A program made the position numbers and the translations under genes. A stretch of 64,000 bases of DNA, taken from positions 486,479 through 550,478 of the forward strand of contig JACPEJ010000001.1 of the NCBI GenBank assembly GCA_016183565.1, read 5' to 3'. Positions 47,458 to 56,416 of the stretch are shown here, in pieces (the stretch's first letter is position 1; each line of letters begins with the position of its first letter). Below the pieces are notes generated by a model, which was not told the origin of the DNA, searched no databases, and worked only from the letters and a program-made list of their open reading frames with translations. The DNA is from Candidatus Blackburnbacteria bacterium (GTDB taxonomy: Bacteria > Patescibacteriota > Microgenomatia > UBA8517 > UBA10165).

Positions 47458-47898
47458 TTGAAAAGCGGGAAATGGGATTTTTTTGTTCGAGTTTCAAGGG
47501 TAATTATGGTACAATATATTCCTATGGCGTTGACAATTACCCATAATGAGAGGAAATTTTCGGTTGGTGATACGGTTCGGGTTTTGTTGAGGATAACCGA
47601 AGCCCGAGCCAAGGGAGAGAAAGTTCGTGTTCAGCCGTTTGAGGGCATGCTTATTGGGGTTCGTGGCGAGGGTGTTAATAAGTCATTCACTGTACGACGA
47701 GCTGGAAGCGGAGGAATTGGTATTGAGCGGATTTTTCCTTTGTTTTCTCCTTTGATAGAGGGCGTGGAGCTTGTGAATCATGGTCTTGTTAGACGGTCTA
47801 AACTTTATTACATCAGAGAGAAGAGCCAAAAAGAAATTGCTGAGATTGCAAAAGGATATTTGCGTCGACAATCAAAAGCCAAAGGGATAAGGTCTTAA
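47458..47898 (+). CDS. rplS: 50S ribosomal protein L19 (true start probably internal, about 47505-47520)
   Basis: [48 protein letters not shown]...[19 protein letters not shown] matches L19. Confidence 0.8.
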   Translation: MKSGKWDFFVRVSRVIMVQYIPMALTITHNERKFSVGDTVRVLLRITEARAKGEKVRVQPFEGMLIGVRGEGVNKSFTVRRAGSGGIGIERIFPLFSPLIEGVELVNHGLVRRSKLYYIREKSQKEIAEIAKGYLRRQSKAKGIRS

Positions 47899-47920
47899 AG
47901 AAAGTTTAAAAATTTTCTGA

Positions 47921-48274
47921 ATGGACAAACAAGCTACAGGAAGACTCGGAGAGGATTTAGCTGTAGGTTTTCTTCAAAAGCAAGGCTATAAAATACTTAC
48001 GCGAAATTTTCGGTCACACTTCGGAGAGGTAGATATTGTCGCACAGGACAAAAAAACTTTAGTGTTTGTTGAAGTAAAGATGCGTGATGATTACAGTTTC
48101 GGATACCCCGAGGAAGCTGTTACTCCAAGAAAGATTAGTTCAATTATTAAAACTGGTCAGTATTACAAACTTGTGTATCCTGGCACGCCTTCTTTAATGA
48201 GAGTGGATGTGGTAGCGATAGATATGATTGGTGACCAACCACAGATTCGTCTTCATAAGAATATCACCCTTTGA
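47921..48274 (+). CDS. yraN: YraN family (UPF0102) putative endonuclease
   Basis: GRLGEDLAVGFLQKQGYKILTRNFRSHFGEVDIVAQD...VFVEVKMR is the YraN signature. Confidence 0.7.
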   Translation: MDKQATGRLGEDLAVGFLQKQGYKILTRNFRSHFGEVDIVAQDKKTLVFVEVKMRDDYSFGYPEEAVTPRKISSIIKTGQYYKLVYPGTPSLMRVDVVAIDMIGDQPQIRLHKNITL

Positions 48275-48292
48275 CTGGTAGGAGTCTACTAC

Positions 48293-48574
48293 TTGTTACT
48301 AGGTTCTTACAATGTCTTCACCCCAATCTTACCGCACAATAGTAACCTTGTTGGGATTTGTACGCAGTTGGAAAATTTTTTTATTTGTTATATGAGAAGC
48401 AAAGGGGGTGATTTACGAAAAATGGCAATACAAGGAAGTCTTAGAGGGTTTGCGGCAATGTCTCCCGAGAAAAGACGTAAGATCGCACAGAAAGGTGGTC
48501 AGATGAGTGGAGGCAAATTTAAAGAAGGTTCGCAACGAGCTAGAGAAGCAGGTCGGAGAGGTGGATCTAGGTGA
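48293..48574 (+). CDS. KGG-repeat general stress protein (YciG-like); start probably at M21
   Basis: Repeated KGG/QKGGQMSGGKFKEGSQRAREAGRRGG motifs. Confidence 0.5.
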   Translation: MLLGSYNVFTPILPHNSNLVGICTQLENFFICYMRSKGGDLRKMAIQGSLRGFAAMSPEKRRKIAQKGGQMSGGKFKEGSQRAREAGRRGGSR

Positions 48575-48618
48575 AGTAACTAGTAGTTAAGTAGTTTAGT
48601 TAAAGGCAGGCTCAACAG

Positions 48619-48650
48619 CAGGCGGTGTAAAGACTGCCTGTTTGTTTTTT
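48619..48650 (+). terminator. Putative Rho-independent terminator after the KGG-protein gene
   Basis: caggc-12nt-gcctg followed by tttgtttttt. The stem is short. Confidence 0.35.
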
Positions 48651-48894
48651 GTGTTGTGAGCCGCTTAGTGCCTTAAACAGACTGAAAGAATTTTTCAAAT
48701 TATTCCTTACTGATGGTCTAAACTCCGAATTTGCTTATACCTTTGGTCTAAAAGATGCATAATTAAGTACATTAACTTTTTTTAGATCCGCAAGTGCGGA
48801 TCGCAAGCTCTGCTTATAGGGTTATTGACTTCTGTACTTATTTATGGTTAAATAAAAATAATCACGCCCCTCGAGAAATCGGGGGGGTATTTTT

Positions 48895-49493
48895 TTAAAC
48901 GAAGATGTCTACCCCTAATTTATCTACAGCCTTAGTAAAAATTCTTTTCTCGATCTGATAAACTTCCTTACCCATATGCCCGTGAGCAAAAATCACAATC
49001 ACCTGTTTGTGTAGGCTTATTAAAAGTTTGTATAAAGGAGCGAAATCACCATCTCCTGAGAAAAACAAAAAGGATTCAAAATCATTTTTTATTGCTTTGT
49101 GAGCGTCTATAGAAATTTCCATATCGAAATCACACTTTCTTCGTAGAACCTTGCGGCTTAGGATCTGTAGAATTTTTTCTATATCCTTTGCTTCAAGATT
49201 TTTAATTAAGGACAGAGAGTTCTTTATTTCTAGAGATAGGTTCTTATATCTCCGGGTAGTGTTTTAGATTCTTAAATAACTTCTTTTGGATCAACCTCTT
49301 TTTTTAGGGATTTCGTCCAGCCATAAATATTTGCCCAATCAATAAAAACTACGGTTTTACCTTTTAATTTGAATCTAAATTCAGAATTGCTCATTATTTT
49401 TATAATAGCACAAAGAAAACCTCCGGGTCGAAGTGAGCCGGAGGGAATAAGGTTACTATCCTTGTGGCTCGCCTTTGGCGGCATAAGGATCAT
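48895..49493 (-). pseudogene. Disrupted NYN/LabA-like nuclease gene split into two ORFs
   Basis: 49272-49493 encodes the N-terminal half (KTVVFIDWANIYGW). 48895-49122 encodes the C-terminal half (FLFFSGDGDFAPLYKLLISLHKQVIVI). They are separated by a 150-bp segment with frame disruption. Confidence 0.5.
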
Positions 49494-49552
49494 TCGGTGG
49501 GATTAGTATAGCACAAACTTGTTCTTAGTTTTTGGTATATAATATTAACTAA

Positions 49553-49906
49553 TTGTCCTGTTTTATGAGTATAAATTATGAAGATTTCGAAAAAGTTGAT
49601 ATAAGGTTGGGTAAAGTTATTGATGTGCAGGATTTTCCTGAGGCTAGAAAGCCAGCCTTGAAACTTAAAATTGATTTTGGTCCCGAAATAGGGATTAAAA
49701 CTTCAAGTGCGCAGCTTGTAGGAGCTTATACAAAAGAAGAATTACACGGTATGTTAGTGATGTGCGTAATAAATTTTTTACCTAAACAAGTAGGCCCTTT
49801 TGTTTCAGAAGTATTAACACTGGGATTCGCGAATACAAGTGGAGAAGGTTTTATTCTCGCAACGCCCTCTAAGAATTCAGTGGGATTGGGAAATAAATTG
49901 AGATAA
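49553..49906 (+). CDS. tRNA-binding domain protein (CsaA/Trbp111-like)
   Basis: FEKVDIRLGKVIDVQDFPEARKPALKLKIDFGPEIGIKTSSAQL has the Myf/EMAP-II OB-fold pattern. Confidence 0.65.
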   Translation: MSCFMSINYEDFEKVDIRLGKVIDVQDFPEARKPALKLKIDFGPEIGIKTSSAQLVGAYTKEELHGMLVMCVINFLPKQVGPFVSEVLTLGFANTSGEGFILATPSKNSVGLGNKLR

Positions 49907-49918
49907 AGAAATACTAAT

Positions 49919-50358
49919 ATGAAAACAGTTGGAATTATTGGTGGTCTTGGACCAGAAACCACGGCTAGGTTTTATCAGGAAATTATTGCTTCTTGTTTTG
50001 AGAAGAATAAAGATAAACGTCCTCCAATACTTATATGGAGTGTTCCATTACCTTACAAGATAGAGGAAGATTTAATTAAAAATGCACAGGGAGAAGAAAG
50101 ATACCTTCCTTCTGGTGAAGAACAATAATCGAGAGTAGGTGAAGTTATTTTCAATCTCGTTAATTACAAGTATACCAGCCAAGATGAGAAACAAATTGTG
50201 GATATATTAGACAGTTTCGAACATAAAGACGTAAAAGTGGTTTTACTTGCATGTACTGATTTGCAGTTACTTAATCTTTCACATCCGAATCTCAAGATAT
50301 ATGACACCATGAAAATTCTCGCCGATGCTGCAGCAGAAAATATATTAATGGAAAAATA
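49919..50358 (+). pseudogene. Degraded Asp/Glu racemase-family gene (in-frame TAA at 50126, middle portion missing)
   Basis: The N-terminus MKTVGIIGGLGPETTARFYQEII is a racemase motif. After the in-frame TAA the same frame continues with VVLLACTDLQLL...IYDTMKILADAA, the second half-site motif. The total is far shorter than a functional racemase. Confidence 0.45.
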
Positions 50359-50442
50359 AAAGCTGCTAGAAACGCAAGACCCCACCTCCCTCGCCATTAA
50401 CATAAAATAGTTTTAACTGAAGATAAACAAGGTGGTGATTTA

Positions 50443-50562
50443 AGATGTTACCTCTTGATGTAATTAGAAAATATTGTCCTGATTTGTCGGACGAAGAATT
50501 AAGGAAAATACAAGAATTTATTTACCAGTTGTGTTGTGGAATAATGCAACATTTTTATGGAT
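50443..50562 (+). CDS. Candidate small protein (39 aa, Cys-rich) with strong SD
   Basis: aaggtggtga is 7 nt upstream of ATG. MLPLDVIRKYCPDLSDEELRKIQEFIYQLCCGIMQHFYG. Confidence 0.25.
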
Positions 50563-50648
50563 AGGATTGGGATAAGAATATTGATGAGATAGATTTTGAA
50601 AATGAAAAAGGTTAATAGAAAGGTCTATGGTGATCGGGCTGAGTTTAG

Positions 50649-50722
50649 TGACGCCTGCGGGAGTCGAACCCGCGATTCCTGGGATGAAAACCCAGTGTCC
50701 TAGACCACTAGACGAAGGCGCC
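50649..50722 (-). tRNA. tRNA-Glu (anticodon TTC)
   Basis: Reverse-complement GGCGCCTTCGTCTAGTGGTCTAGGACACTGGGTTTTCATCCCAGGAATCGCGGGTTCGACTCCCGCAGGCGTCA. Anticodon loop TTTTCAT. Confidence 0.8.
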
Positions 50723-50762
50723 CTGATGTATATTTTAGCATTTTTTCGGGTGAATTTATACT

Positions 50763-51143
50763 CTAGTGGTGTTTTAGGGGTGTGGGTTTGCGGGTGTGTT
50801 TTTTGATTTTTGTGAGTAATTGGTCTATGTCGAATGGTTTTGCCAAGAAATCGTTAGCTCCATTCTTTTTAGCGATTTCCTCAGCGCCTGGGTGGGCTGA
50901 GATCATAATTATTGGCAGATTTTTTGTGGATTTATTTTTTTTGAATTGTTTTATTACGTCTCTACCATTTTTGCCGGCGAGAAGTAGATCTAATAACATT
51001 ATGTCAGGGGAGATATCTTTTGCTTTTTGGAATGCTTCTTCGGCGTCTATGATGGTGTGGACCTCAAATCCTGTGTATTCAAACACTGCTCTGATAGCTT
51101 CTAGTATTCCTTCGTCGTCGTCGACTACTAGTATTTTAAGCAT
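50763..51143 (-). CDS. Single-domain response regulator (CheY-like receiver)
   Basis: MLKILVVDDDEGILEAI...DIMLLDLLLAGKNG...IIMISAH...AKPF carries the receiver-domain Asp pocket. Confidence 0.8.
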   Translation of the reverse strand: MLKILVVDDDEGILEAIRAVFEYTGFEVHTIIDAEEAFQKAKDISPDIMLLDLLLAGKNGRDVIKQFKKNKSTKNLPIIMISAHPGAEEIAKKNGANDFLAKPFDIDQLLTKIKKHTRKPTPLKHH

Positions 51144-51366
51144 ATGAAAACAACTTTTTAGTTATACGCAGTTGAAGCGTTTTATACCCAAAATACTCTA
51201 GTTTGCAACTTCCAAATAGTATTTTGGGTTCTAACTATTTAAAGAAGAGTTACCTGTCTGCCGACAGGCAGGTAAACTCGAGTTAAATAGGTATATCTAA
51301 AACGATTATACCTCTCTTATGCCAGCGGACTTTAGTTCGGTTGAGTAGAGCTGGTAAACTAGATAT

Positions 51367-52542
51367 ATGCATCATCACATACATCTTAGAGACATAGATC
51401 AGCTTCATCGAGAAATTTTAAGATTTTTAGTCTCATTAAATCTTGAGGAAACATATAAGGTGATAGTTGACGGGGCATTGAAATTAGTTGAGGGAGATTC
51501 TGGGTCTATTCTTTTAGGCAAGAAAGGTGGCCTTAAGAGGGTTTATGCTTCCTCGGAAGTTCTTTTTAAGGTTAAACCAAGAAGACGTGGTATTGTTTAT
51601 GGTGTTTTTAAGACATGTGAGCCGAGGGTGCTCTCGGCAAAAGAGATAAGAGATGTTGAGAAGCGACACCCTGCACTTAAGGAATTGCCTGCTCGCTCGA
51701 TTCTTCTTATCCCTCTTTCGTATTTAGGAAAGTCTATGGGTGTTTTGACTGTTTTGTCGAAGGAGGATATAGATTTTACACAGAAAGAGTTTAATATGCT
51801 GAAACTTTTTGGTACTGCTGGAAGTCTAGCTATCCGAAAAGCACAACTTTATCAACAGACTCGGGAAGCTTTGGAAACTCGGGATTTGTTTATTTCTCTT
51901 GCAGCTCATGAGTTGCGCACTCCCCTTACAACTATCAATGGTTATGTTCAGCTTCTTGCTCATAAACTATCAGGCGATTCTGTGGAGGCTAGCTGGACGG
52001 ATGGGTTAAAATGGGAGATCAAGAGACTGACGCGGATGGTAAATGAGCTTCTGGATGTACAGCTTATTAAAACCGGTCAGTTTATATGTCAAAAACATAA
52101 AGTTAGCTTAAAAGATGTTGCGCGACGTGCTATTTTGGAGTCTAAGTTTGCATATCCAAAACATAAGTTTGGTTTTGAGGATGACTTGGGAAGTAAGCCA
52201 GATATTTTAGAAGGTGATCCTGATAAGTTGGTACAGGTAGTTGCAAACCTTTTGGACAATGCTGCGAAATTTTCTCTTCCTGGACAAAAGATACTGGTGC
52301 GGTTGAGGTCTAATCATTCTTCGTTTGTAATAGAGGTACAGGATCATGGTCTTGGCATTGAGGGGAAAGAAGCGTCGCAGGTGTTCAGTAGATTTTACAA
52401 AGGGCAGAACAATTACAAGAGAGGCATGGGATTGGGTTTATTTTTAGCCAAACAAATTGTAGAATGTCATGATGGATCTATTAATTTGAAATCGGAGGTA
52501 AATAAAGGAACAAAAATTTTTGTTGTGTTGCCTAAATCTTAA
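51367..52542 (+). CDS. Sensor histidine kinase (GAF-like N-domain, HisKA, HATPase_c); apparently cytoplasmic
   Basis: H-box LAAHELRTPLTTINGYVQLL; N-box DNAAKFS; G-box GMGLGLFLAKQIV. Confidence 0.8.
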   Translation: MHHHIHLRDIDQLHREILRFLVSLNLEETYKVIVDGALKLVEGDSGSILLGKKGGLKRVYASSEVLFKVKPRRRGIVYGVFKTCEPRVLSAKEIRDVEKRHPALKELPARSILLIPLSYLGKSMGVLTVLSKEDIDFTQKEFNMLKLFGTAGSLAIRKAQLYQQTREALETRDLFISLAAHELRTPLTTINGYVQLLAHKLSGDSVEASWTDGLKWEIKRLTRMVNELLDVQLIKTGQFICQKHKVSLKDVARRAILESKFAYPKHKFGFEDDLGSKPDILEGDPDKLVQVVANLLDNAAKFSLPGQKILVRLRSNHSSFVIEVQDHGLGIEGKEASQVFSRFYKGQNNYKRGMGLGLFLAKQIVECHDGSINLKSEVNKGTKIFVVLPKS

Positions 52543-52554
52543 CTGCTATTTATT

Positions 52555-53634
52555 ATGTTTGCTGAACGAGAAGTTGATGGACCGAATCCCGTTGTAGTAG
52601 GAGAATCTGAGTTGGATAGGATGCTAGCGGACAGGTCAGAGGTTCTTTATTCCTTGGTTGATCTGAAGGGTAGGCCCGTGGGCAAAGAACTTGTTTCTAG
52701 AGTTCTTACTTCTGCGGAACGTGTTGTTGTTTTTGGCGAACCTGCCGCTAATAAGAGTACGATTCTTGGGCAGTTAGTGAGGGAGGTGACTATTTTGTCT
52801 GGTGGGCGGATTGCACCTACGGTAGTACTTTTTGACCAAGTTCTTGTTGATTGTCAGCTTGAGTTTGGTAAGCCTAGGCAGGAGTGGGGTACGGAAGAGT
52901 GGGACAGGTTTGATAGATGGGTTGAAAAGAGAATAGAGGAGCCGGCTGAGGGGGTTGGTCCTTCGCGCAGACACGTTAGGTTTGTGGAAATTGTAGGTCT
53001 TCGGGGGAAGGGGGTGCCTAATAATAGGGCTGTGACTACCTTGGAGAACTTAGCTAGACGGGCTAGGCAAGAACCCGAGGATGCACCGAAAACCTTGATC
53101 GTGGCTGTAGCTCCAGACTCTCGGTCACAGTACAGGACGGGAATTATGCGTGAACGGGTGCTATCGGTTCAGCCAGAGGAGGTTCTGGGTGTTTTGCGCT
53201 GTGAATTTAATATCGAACCTGTGGGGTTAAGTGAAACTGATGCATACAGAGCGGGAGTTTTCCTTCAGGAGAAAGTTCGCTCTATGGCCCGAGCAGAAGA
53301 TATCGGGCGGATTAGGAGTGAGATGTTGTGTGAGGCCAGGAGTTGGTCGTGTGGCTTGAGTGCTGAAGAATTTGCAGCTATATGGAGGTTGTTTGATTTA
53401 ATACGAATGCCTGTAGAAGTAGGGGCGTTTAAGGATAACGAATTTAATGAGTATCAGCTTAAGGCTGCGCATTTGGGGTATATTGTATGGGCTAAACTTG
53501 GGTTAGGACAGCATCAGGGTTTTGTCGTCTTTAGTCTATTCCAAGAACACGGGACGATTCATTGGCCCATTCAGTTGGATACGTTGCGCGGCTATACTCG
53601 TTCCGGAAAACCCATGAATACAGGTGGGTTTTGA
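52555..53634 (+). CDS. Hypothetical protein with degenerate Walker-A-like motif (359 aa), slightly GC-elevated
   Basis: VVVFGEPAANKSTILGQL resembles GxxxxGKST with G replaced by A/N. No other recognisable domain. Immediately downstream of the HK. Confidence 0.4.
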   Translation: MFAEREVDGPNPVVVGESELDRMLADRSEVLYSLVDLKGRPVGKELVSRVLTSAERVVVFGEPAANKSTILGQLVREVTILSGGRIAPTVVLFDQVLVDCQLEFGKPRQEWGTEEWDRFDRWVEKRIEEPAEGVGPSRRHVRFVEIVGLRGKGVPNNRAVTTLENLARRARQEPEDAPKTLIVAVAPDSRSQYRTGIMRERVLSVQPEEVLGVLRCEFNIEPVGLSETDAYRAGVFLQEKVRSMARAEDIGRIRSEMLCEARSWSCGLSAEEFAAIWRLFDLIRMPVEVGAFKDNEFNEYQLKAAHLGYIVWAKLGLGQHQGFVVFSLFQEHGTIHWPIQLDTLRGYTRSGKPMNTGGF

Positions 53635-53667
53635 GGATGCAGAGGAGACCAGTATCAGACACTGTAC

Positions 53668-53979
53668 CTACTTTTTCAAAATGTCCTTGAGGAGGGTGAG
53701 AATTTGTTCGAGAAATTTTGCAACTTCATCTCTTGGGCCGCGGACCTTAGCCTTAATCTCCACTCTTGTATCTGAATTTACAGCCGCGGGAGTCGCTGTT
53801 TGATCGGAAGCTGTTGTGGTAGGCGTAGGAAGGATTTCATCCTCCTGCCTATTTTCGATTTTTACCTCTATCCTATTTTTCCCGCTTCCCTGGTTGTCTC
53901 CATGCGAGAGCGCGACTGATGGTACGCTTATCAGAAGAAATAAAATTGTAAATGTTGAAAGAAGAATTTTTCCGTTCAT
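53668..53979 (-). CDS. Small secreted hypothetical protein (start taken at internal M, signal peptide)
   Basis: MNGKILLSTFTILFLLISVPSVALS signal peptide. The upstream ORF portion is encoded by the repeat element and is probably not translated. Confidence 0.35.
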   Translation of the reverse strand: MNGKILLSTFTILFLLISVPSVALSHGDNQGSGKNRIEVKIENRQEDEILPTPTTTASDQTATPAAVNSDTRVEIKAKVRGPRDEVAKFLEQILTLLKDILKK

Positions 53980-54044
53980 ACATATATAACGGATAATTCT
54001 AAAATTTGTTACAAAACACTCTTTCAAACGTTTTATTAATGCGT

Positions 54045-54133
54045 GGATACAACTCGTTTCAAAACTCATAGATTAGTCTTATTAAATTTTTTGAAACGAG
54101 ATTGGAGAAGCTGTTTTGAAACAGCTTCATAGT
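54045..54133 (+). repeat. Copy C of the structured repeat element, in the ECF sigma gene leader
   Basis: gatacaactcgtttcaaaactcatagattagtcttattaaattttttgaaacgagattggagaagctgttttgaaacagcttcata. Confidence 0.6.
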
Positions 54134-54146
54134 ATAATAAGCCTGT

Positions 54147-54686
54147 ATGGATGATGAGATACTTGGTCTTGTTATACGTGCCAAAAGGGGCGATAAAAAT
54201 GCATTCGGCAAACTTTATAATCTTTACTTCAAAAAGATTTATCGATACGTGTATTATTCTATTTATGGTCATGAATTATCAGAAGATATTACCCAAAATA
54301 CTTTTCTTAAGGCATGGAAATCGCTGCCTTCGTTTACTGTGGAAAAAGGAACTTTTCAGGCCTATATTTTTATGATCGCAAGAAACCTTGTCACTGACTA
54401 TCAAAGAAAGAGAAAAGAAATATCTCTTGAAGTAATCGAAGATACTACTTTTTCCGAGGAGGATTTGGCGGAGCAAATATCAAGGGAACAAAACAAAGAT
54501 ATGGTGCAAAATGTTCTTTCAGGCTTGAACGGTTTTGAAAAGCAAATTGTTATTTTGCGCTTTTTTGAAGAGTTATCTTTTTCTGAAATTGCAAGAGTTA
54601 TTGGGAAAAAGGAAGGAGCCCTAAGGGTGCAAATTCATAGAATTCTTAAAAAACTTGCGGAGAGATTAAAAGATTATGGAAACTAA
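54147..54686 (+). CDS. ECF-type RNA polymerase sigma factor (sigma-70 regions 2 and 4)
   Basis: Region 2: YRYVYYSIYGHELSEDITQNTFLKAWKSL. Region 4 HTH: LSFSEIARVIGKKEGALRVQIHRILKKL. Confidence 0.8.
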   Translation: MDDEILGLVIRAKRGDKNAFGKLYNLYFKKIYRYVYYSIYGHELSEDITQNTFLKAWKSLPSFTVEKGTFQAYIFMIARNLVTDYQRKRKEISLEVIEDTTFSEEDLAEQISREQNKDMVQNVLSGLNGFEKQIVILRFFEELSFSEIARVIGKKEGALRVQIHRILKKLAERLKDYGN

Positions 54687-55296
54687 CAAATATATAGAAA
54701 AACTTAAAAAAGAATATTTAAAACTTTCTCCCCCAAAAACCCTCGTTGAGCAGGGGTGGACAGAACTTGAGAAGTCCCTTGCGCCGCAGGAGAAATTTCT
54801 TTCACTTTTTGTTTTTAGACGAGGTGTATTGTTTGCCGTTATCGTCCTATTTTTATCTTTTGGCATACTTTTTGGAAGTTTGGTTCAAGCTGCCCAAGGC
54901 GCTTTTCCAGGAGAGCCTCTTTATCCTATTAAGCGTTTGTCAGAGGAAGTGATCTTTCTTACACCTGACAAAGAGAAAGTTGAGCGCCGAGCAGACGAGA
55001 TAATTGAGCTTACAAAAAAAGGGGGAAACAAAGATATCTTGGGAAAATCCATAAGGGGTTACAAAAAAACTATTCTTGAAACTAAAAAAGAAATATTAAA
55101 TTCAGGAAAGGGAAAAAAAGAACTTGATGAGAGTTTAAATTTGCAGGAAAAAAGATTTAGGGAGGTTATTAAACAGCAGTCTTCAGAAGAAGTTCGAGAA
55201 GCAATCGAAATCGCGCGAGAGGGAAGGAATGGCAGAGACGATATTGATGGTGACCGTAAAGAAGAAGATAAAAAAGAAGATAGAGAAACAAAATGA
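54676..55296 (+). CDS. Putative membrane-anchored anti-sigma factor (by context)
   Basis: Overlaps the sigma gene by 11 nt. Single central TM (VLFAVIVLFLSFGILFGSLV). Charged coiled-coil C-terminus. Assignment by synteny only. Confidence 0.35.
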   Translation: METNKYIEKLKKEYLKLSPPKTLVEQGWTELEKSLAPQEKFLSLFVFRRGVLFAVIVLFLSFGILFGSLVQAAQGAFPGEPLYPIKRLSEEVIFLTPDKEKVERRADEIIELTKKGGNKDILGKSIRGYKKTILETKKEILNSGKGKKELDESLNLQEKRFREVIKQQSSEEVREAIEIAREGRNGRDDIDGDRKEEDKKEDRETK

Positions 55297-55340
55297 AAGA
55301 GAATGAAACATCCTAGAAAGTTAGTGTGATTCTTGGTATA

Positions 55341-55357
55341 ATCAAGCATAGCTTGAT
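55341..55357. promoter_or_regulatory. Perfect palindrome ATCAAGC-ATA-GCTTGAT upstream of tRNA-Lys/ruvC
   Basis: Third and perfect copy of the operator-like motif. Confidence 0.4.
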
Positions 55358-55366
55358 TGAAGCGAC

Positions 55367-55394
55367 TTGTAACGATTATTAGGAGCGCTATAAT
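55367..55394 (+). promoter_or_regulatory. Putative sigma70-like promoter of tRNA-Lys (TTGTAA, 16-nt spacer, TATAAT)
   Basis: TTGTAA 55367-55372; TATAAT 55389-55394; tRNA starts at 55427. Confidence 0.4.
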
Positions 55395-55426
55395 TGCTAC
55401 GTATTTCTTCTTATGATTTAGACATT

Positions 55427-55500
55427 GGGGGTATAGCTCAATGGTAGAGTAGTGGCCTTTTAAGCCATTGGTTCAGGGTTCGAATCCCTGTGCCCCCACC
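55427..55500 (+). tRNA. tRNA-Lys (anticodon TTT)
   Basis: GGGGGTATAGCTCAATGGTAGAGTAGTGGCCTTTTAAGCCATTGGTTCAGGGTTCGAATCCCTGTGCCCCCACC. Anticodon loop CTTTTAA. Confidence 0.8.
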
Positions 55501-55542
55501 TTCTTTGAAAAAACAGCCTTTGGAATTTAGTGTTATACTGTC

Positions 55543-56079
55543 TTGATGCGCGTATTGGGGATAGATCCTGGCACTGCAACTACTGGATATGGGTTTTTGG
55601 AAACAAACGGTGACGGCACTCCATACCTTAGGAGTTATGGTTGGATTGAGACTAAAGATAATGGTGATCCTGCCAAAAGGCTTGTCGAGATCTATAATGG
55701 TATTAAGGATTTGCTTTCCAAACATAGTCCTGATGTTGTGGCAATGGAACGCTTGTTTTTCTTTTCCAATCAGAGGACTGCTATGAGAGTAAGTCAGGCA
55801 CAGGGGATATTTTTGCTGGCTGCTGCTCAAAAAAATATACCCTTGTTTGAGTATCCACCCGGGCAGGTCAAGTTAAAGATTGCGGGGAGTGGGAGAGCAG
55901 ATAAAAAATTAATGCAGGAAACTATAAAAGAGATTTTTAACATTAAGGCGCCTGATAAGAAAAAAACTCATTTTGATGATGTGGCGGATGCGATAGCGAT
56001 TGCGTTGTGCCATATACGGGTAAAACGGGAAACACAAAACGAAAAACGTGATACACAAAACGTACAACGAAAAACGTGA
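55543..56079 (+). CDS. ruvC: Holliday junction resolvase RuvC
   Basis: MRVLGIDPGTATTGYG...VVAMERLFFFSNQRTAMRVSQAQG...ADKKLMQETIKEIF...DDVADAIAIALCH. The C-terminal tail is low-complexity from tandem repeats. Confidence 0.85.
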   Translation: MMRVLGIDPGTATTGYGFLETNGDGTPYLRSYGWIETKDNGDPAKRLVEIYNGIKDLLSKHSPDVVAMERLFFFSNQRTAMRVSQAQGIFLLAAAQKNIPLFEYPPGQVKLKIAGSGRADKKLMQETIKEIFNIKAPDKKKTHFDDVADAIAIALCHIRVKRETQNEKRDTQNVQRKT

Positions 56080-56140
56080 TACGCAAAACGAAGAAGCATT
56101 TAACGTCTGCCATTTTACGTTTTACGTTTTACATTCCAGA
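56021..56140. repeat. Tandem about 21-bp aaaacg-rich repeats followed by inverted cgttttacgttttac copies at the ruvC 3' end
   Basis: cacaaaacgaaaaacgtgata / cacaaaacgtacaacgaaaaacgtgata ... cattttacgttttacgttttac. Confidence 0.5.
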
Positions 56141-56154
56141 GGGGGTGATATCTA

Positions 56155-56406
56155 ATGGCTACTAAGATTGGGCGGGTTCTTCATTATTATGATAAGATTG
56201 GGGTTGCAGTAGTTGAACTGGCTGAAAATCTTTCAGTTGGAGAAAAAATTCGTTTTGCAAGGGGGGGTGAGGATTTGTTTGATCAAAGCGTTTCTTCTAT
56301 GCAATCAGAGCACGAAGAGATAGAAACAGCTAAGTCAGGTGAGATAGTTGGACTTAAGGTTGATCAGCCTGTGAAGGAAGGGGCGGAGGTGCTGAAGGAG
56401 GAGTGA
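56155..56406 (+). CDS. Hypothetical small protein (83 aa), strong SD
   Basis: agagggggtga is 6 nt upstream of ATG. MATKIGRVLHYYDKIGVAVVELAENLSVGEKIRF has a beta-barrel-like pattern. No confident family. Confidence 0.4.
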   Translation: MATKIGRVLHYYDKIGVAVVELAENLSVGEKIRFARGGEDLFDQSVSSMQSEHEEIETAKSGEIVGLKVDQPVKEGAEVLKEE

Positions 56407-56416
56407 TTGGTGATTA

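Noticed and set aside
48780-48900. Tiny sRNA between a TTGACT...TTAAAT promoter-like sequence and the cccctcgagaaatcgggggggtattttttt hairpin
   Set aside because: The hairpin is equally well explained as a bidirectional terminator for the convergent minus-strand NYN remnant. The promoter match is weak.
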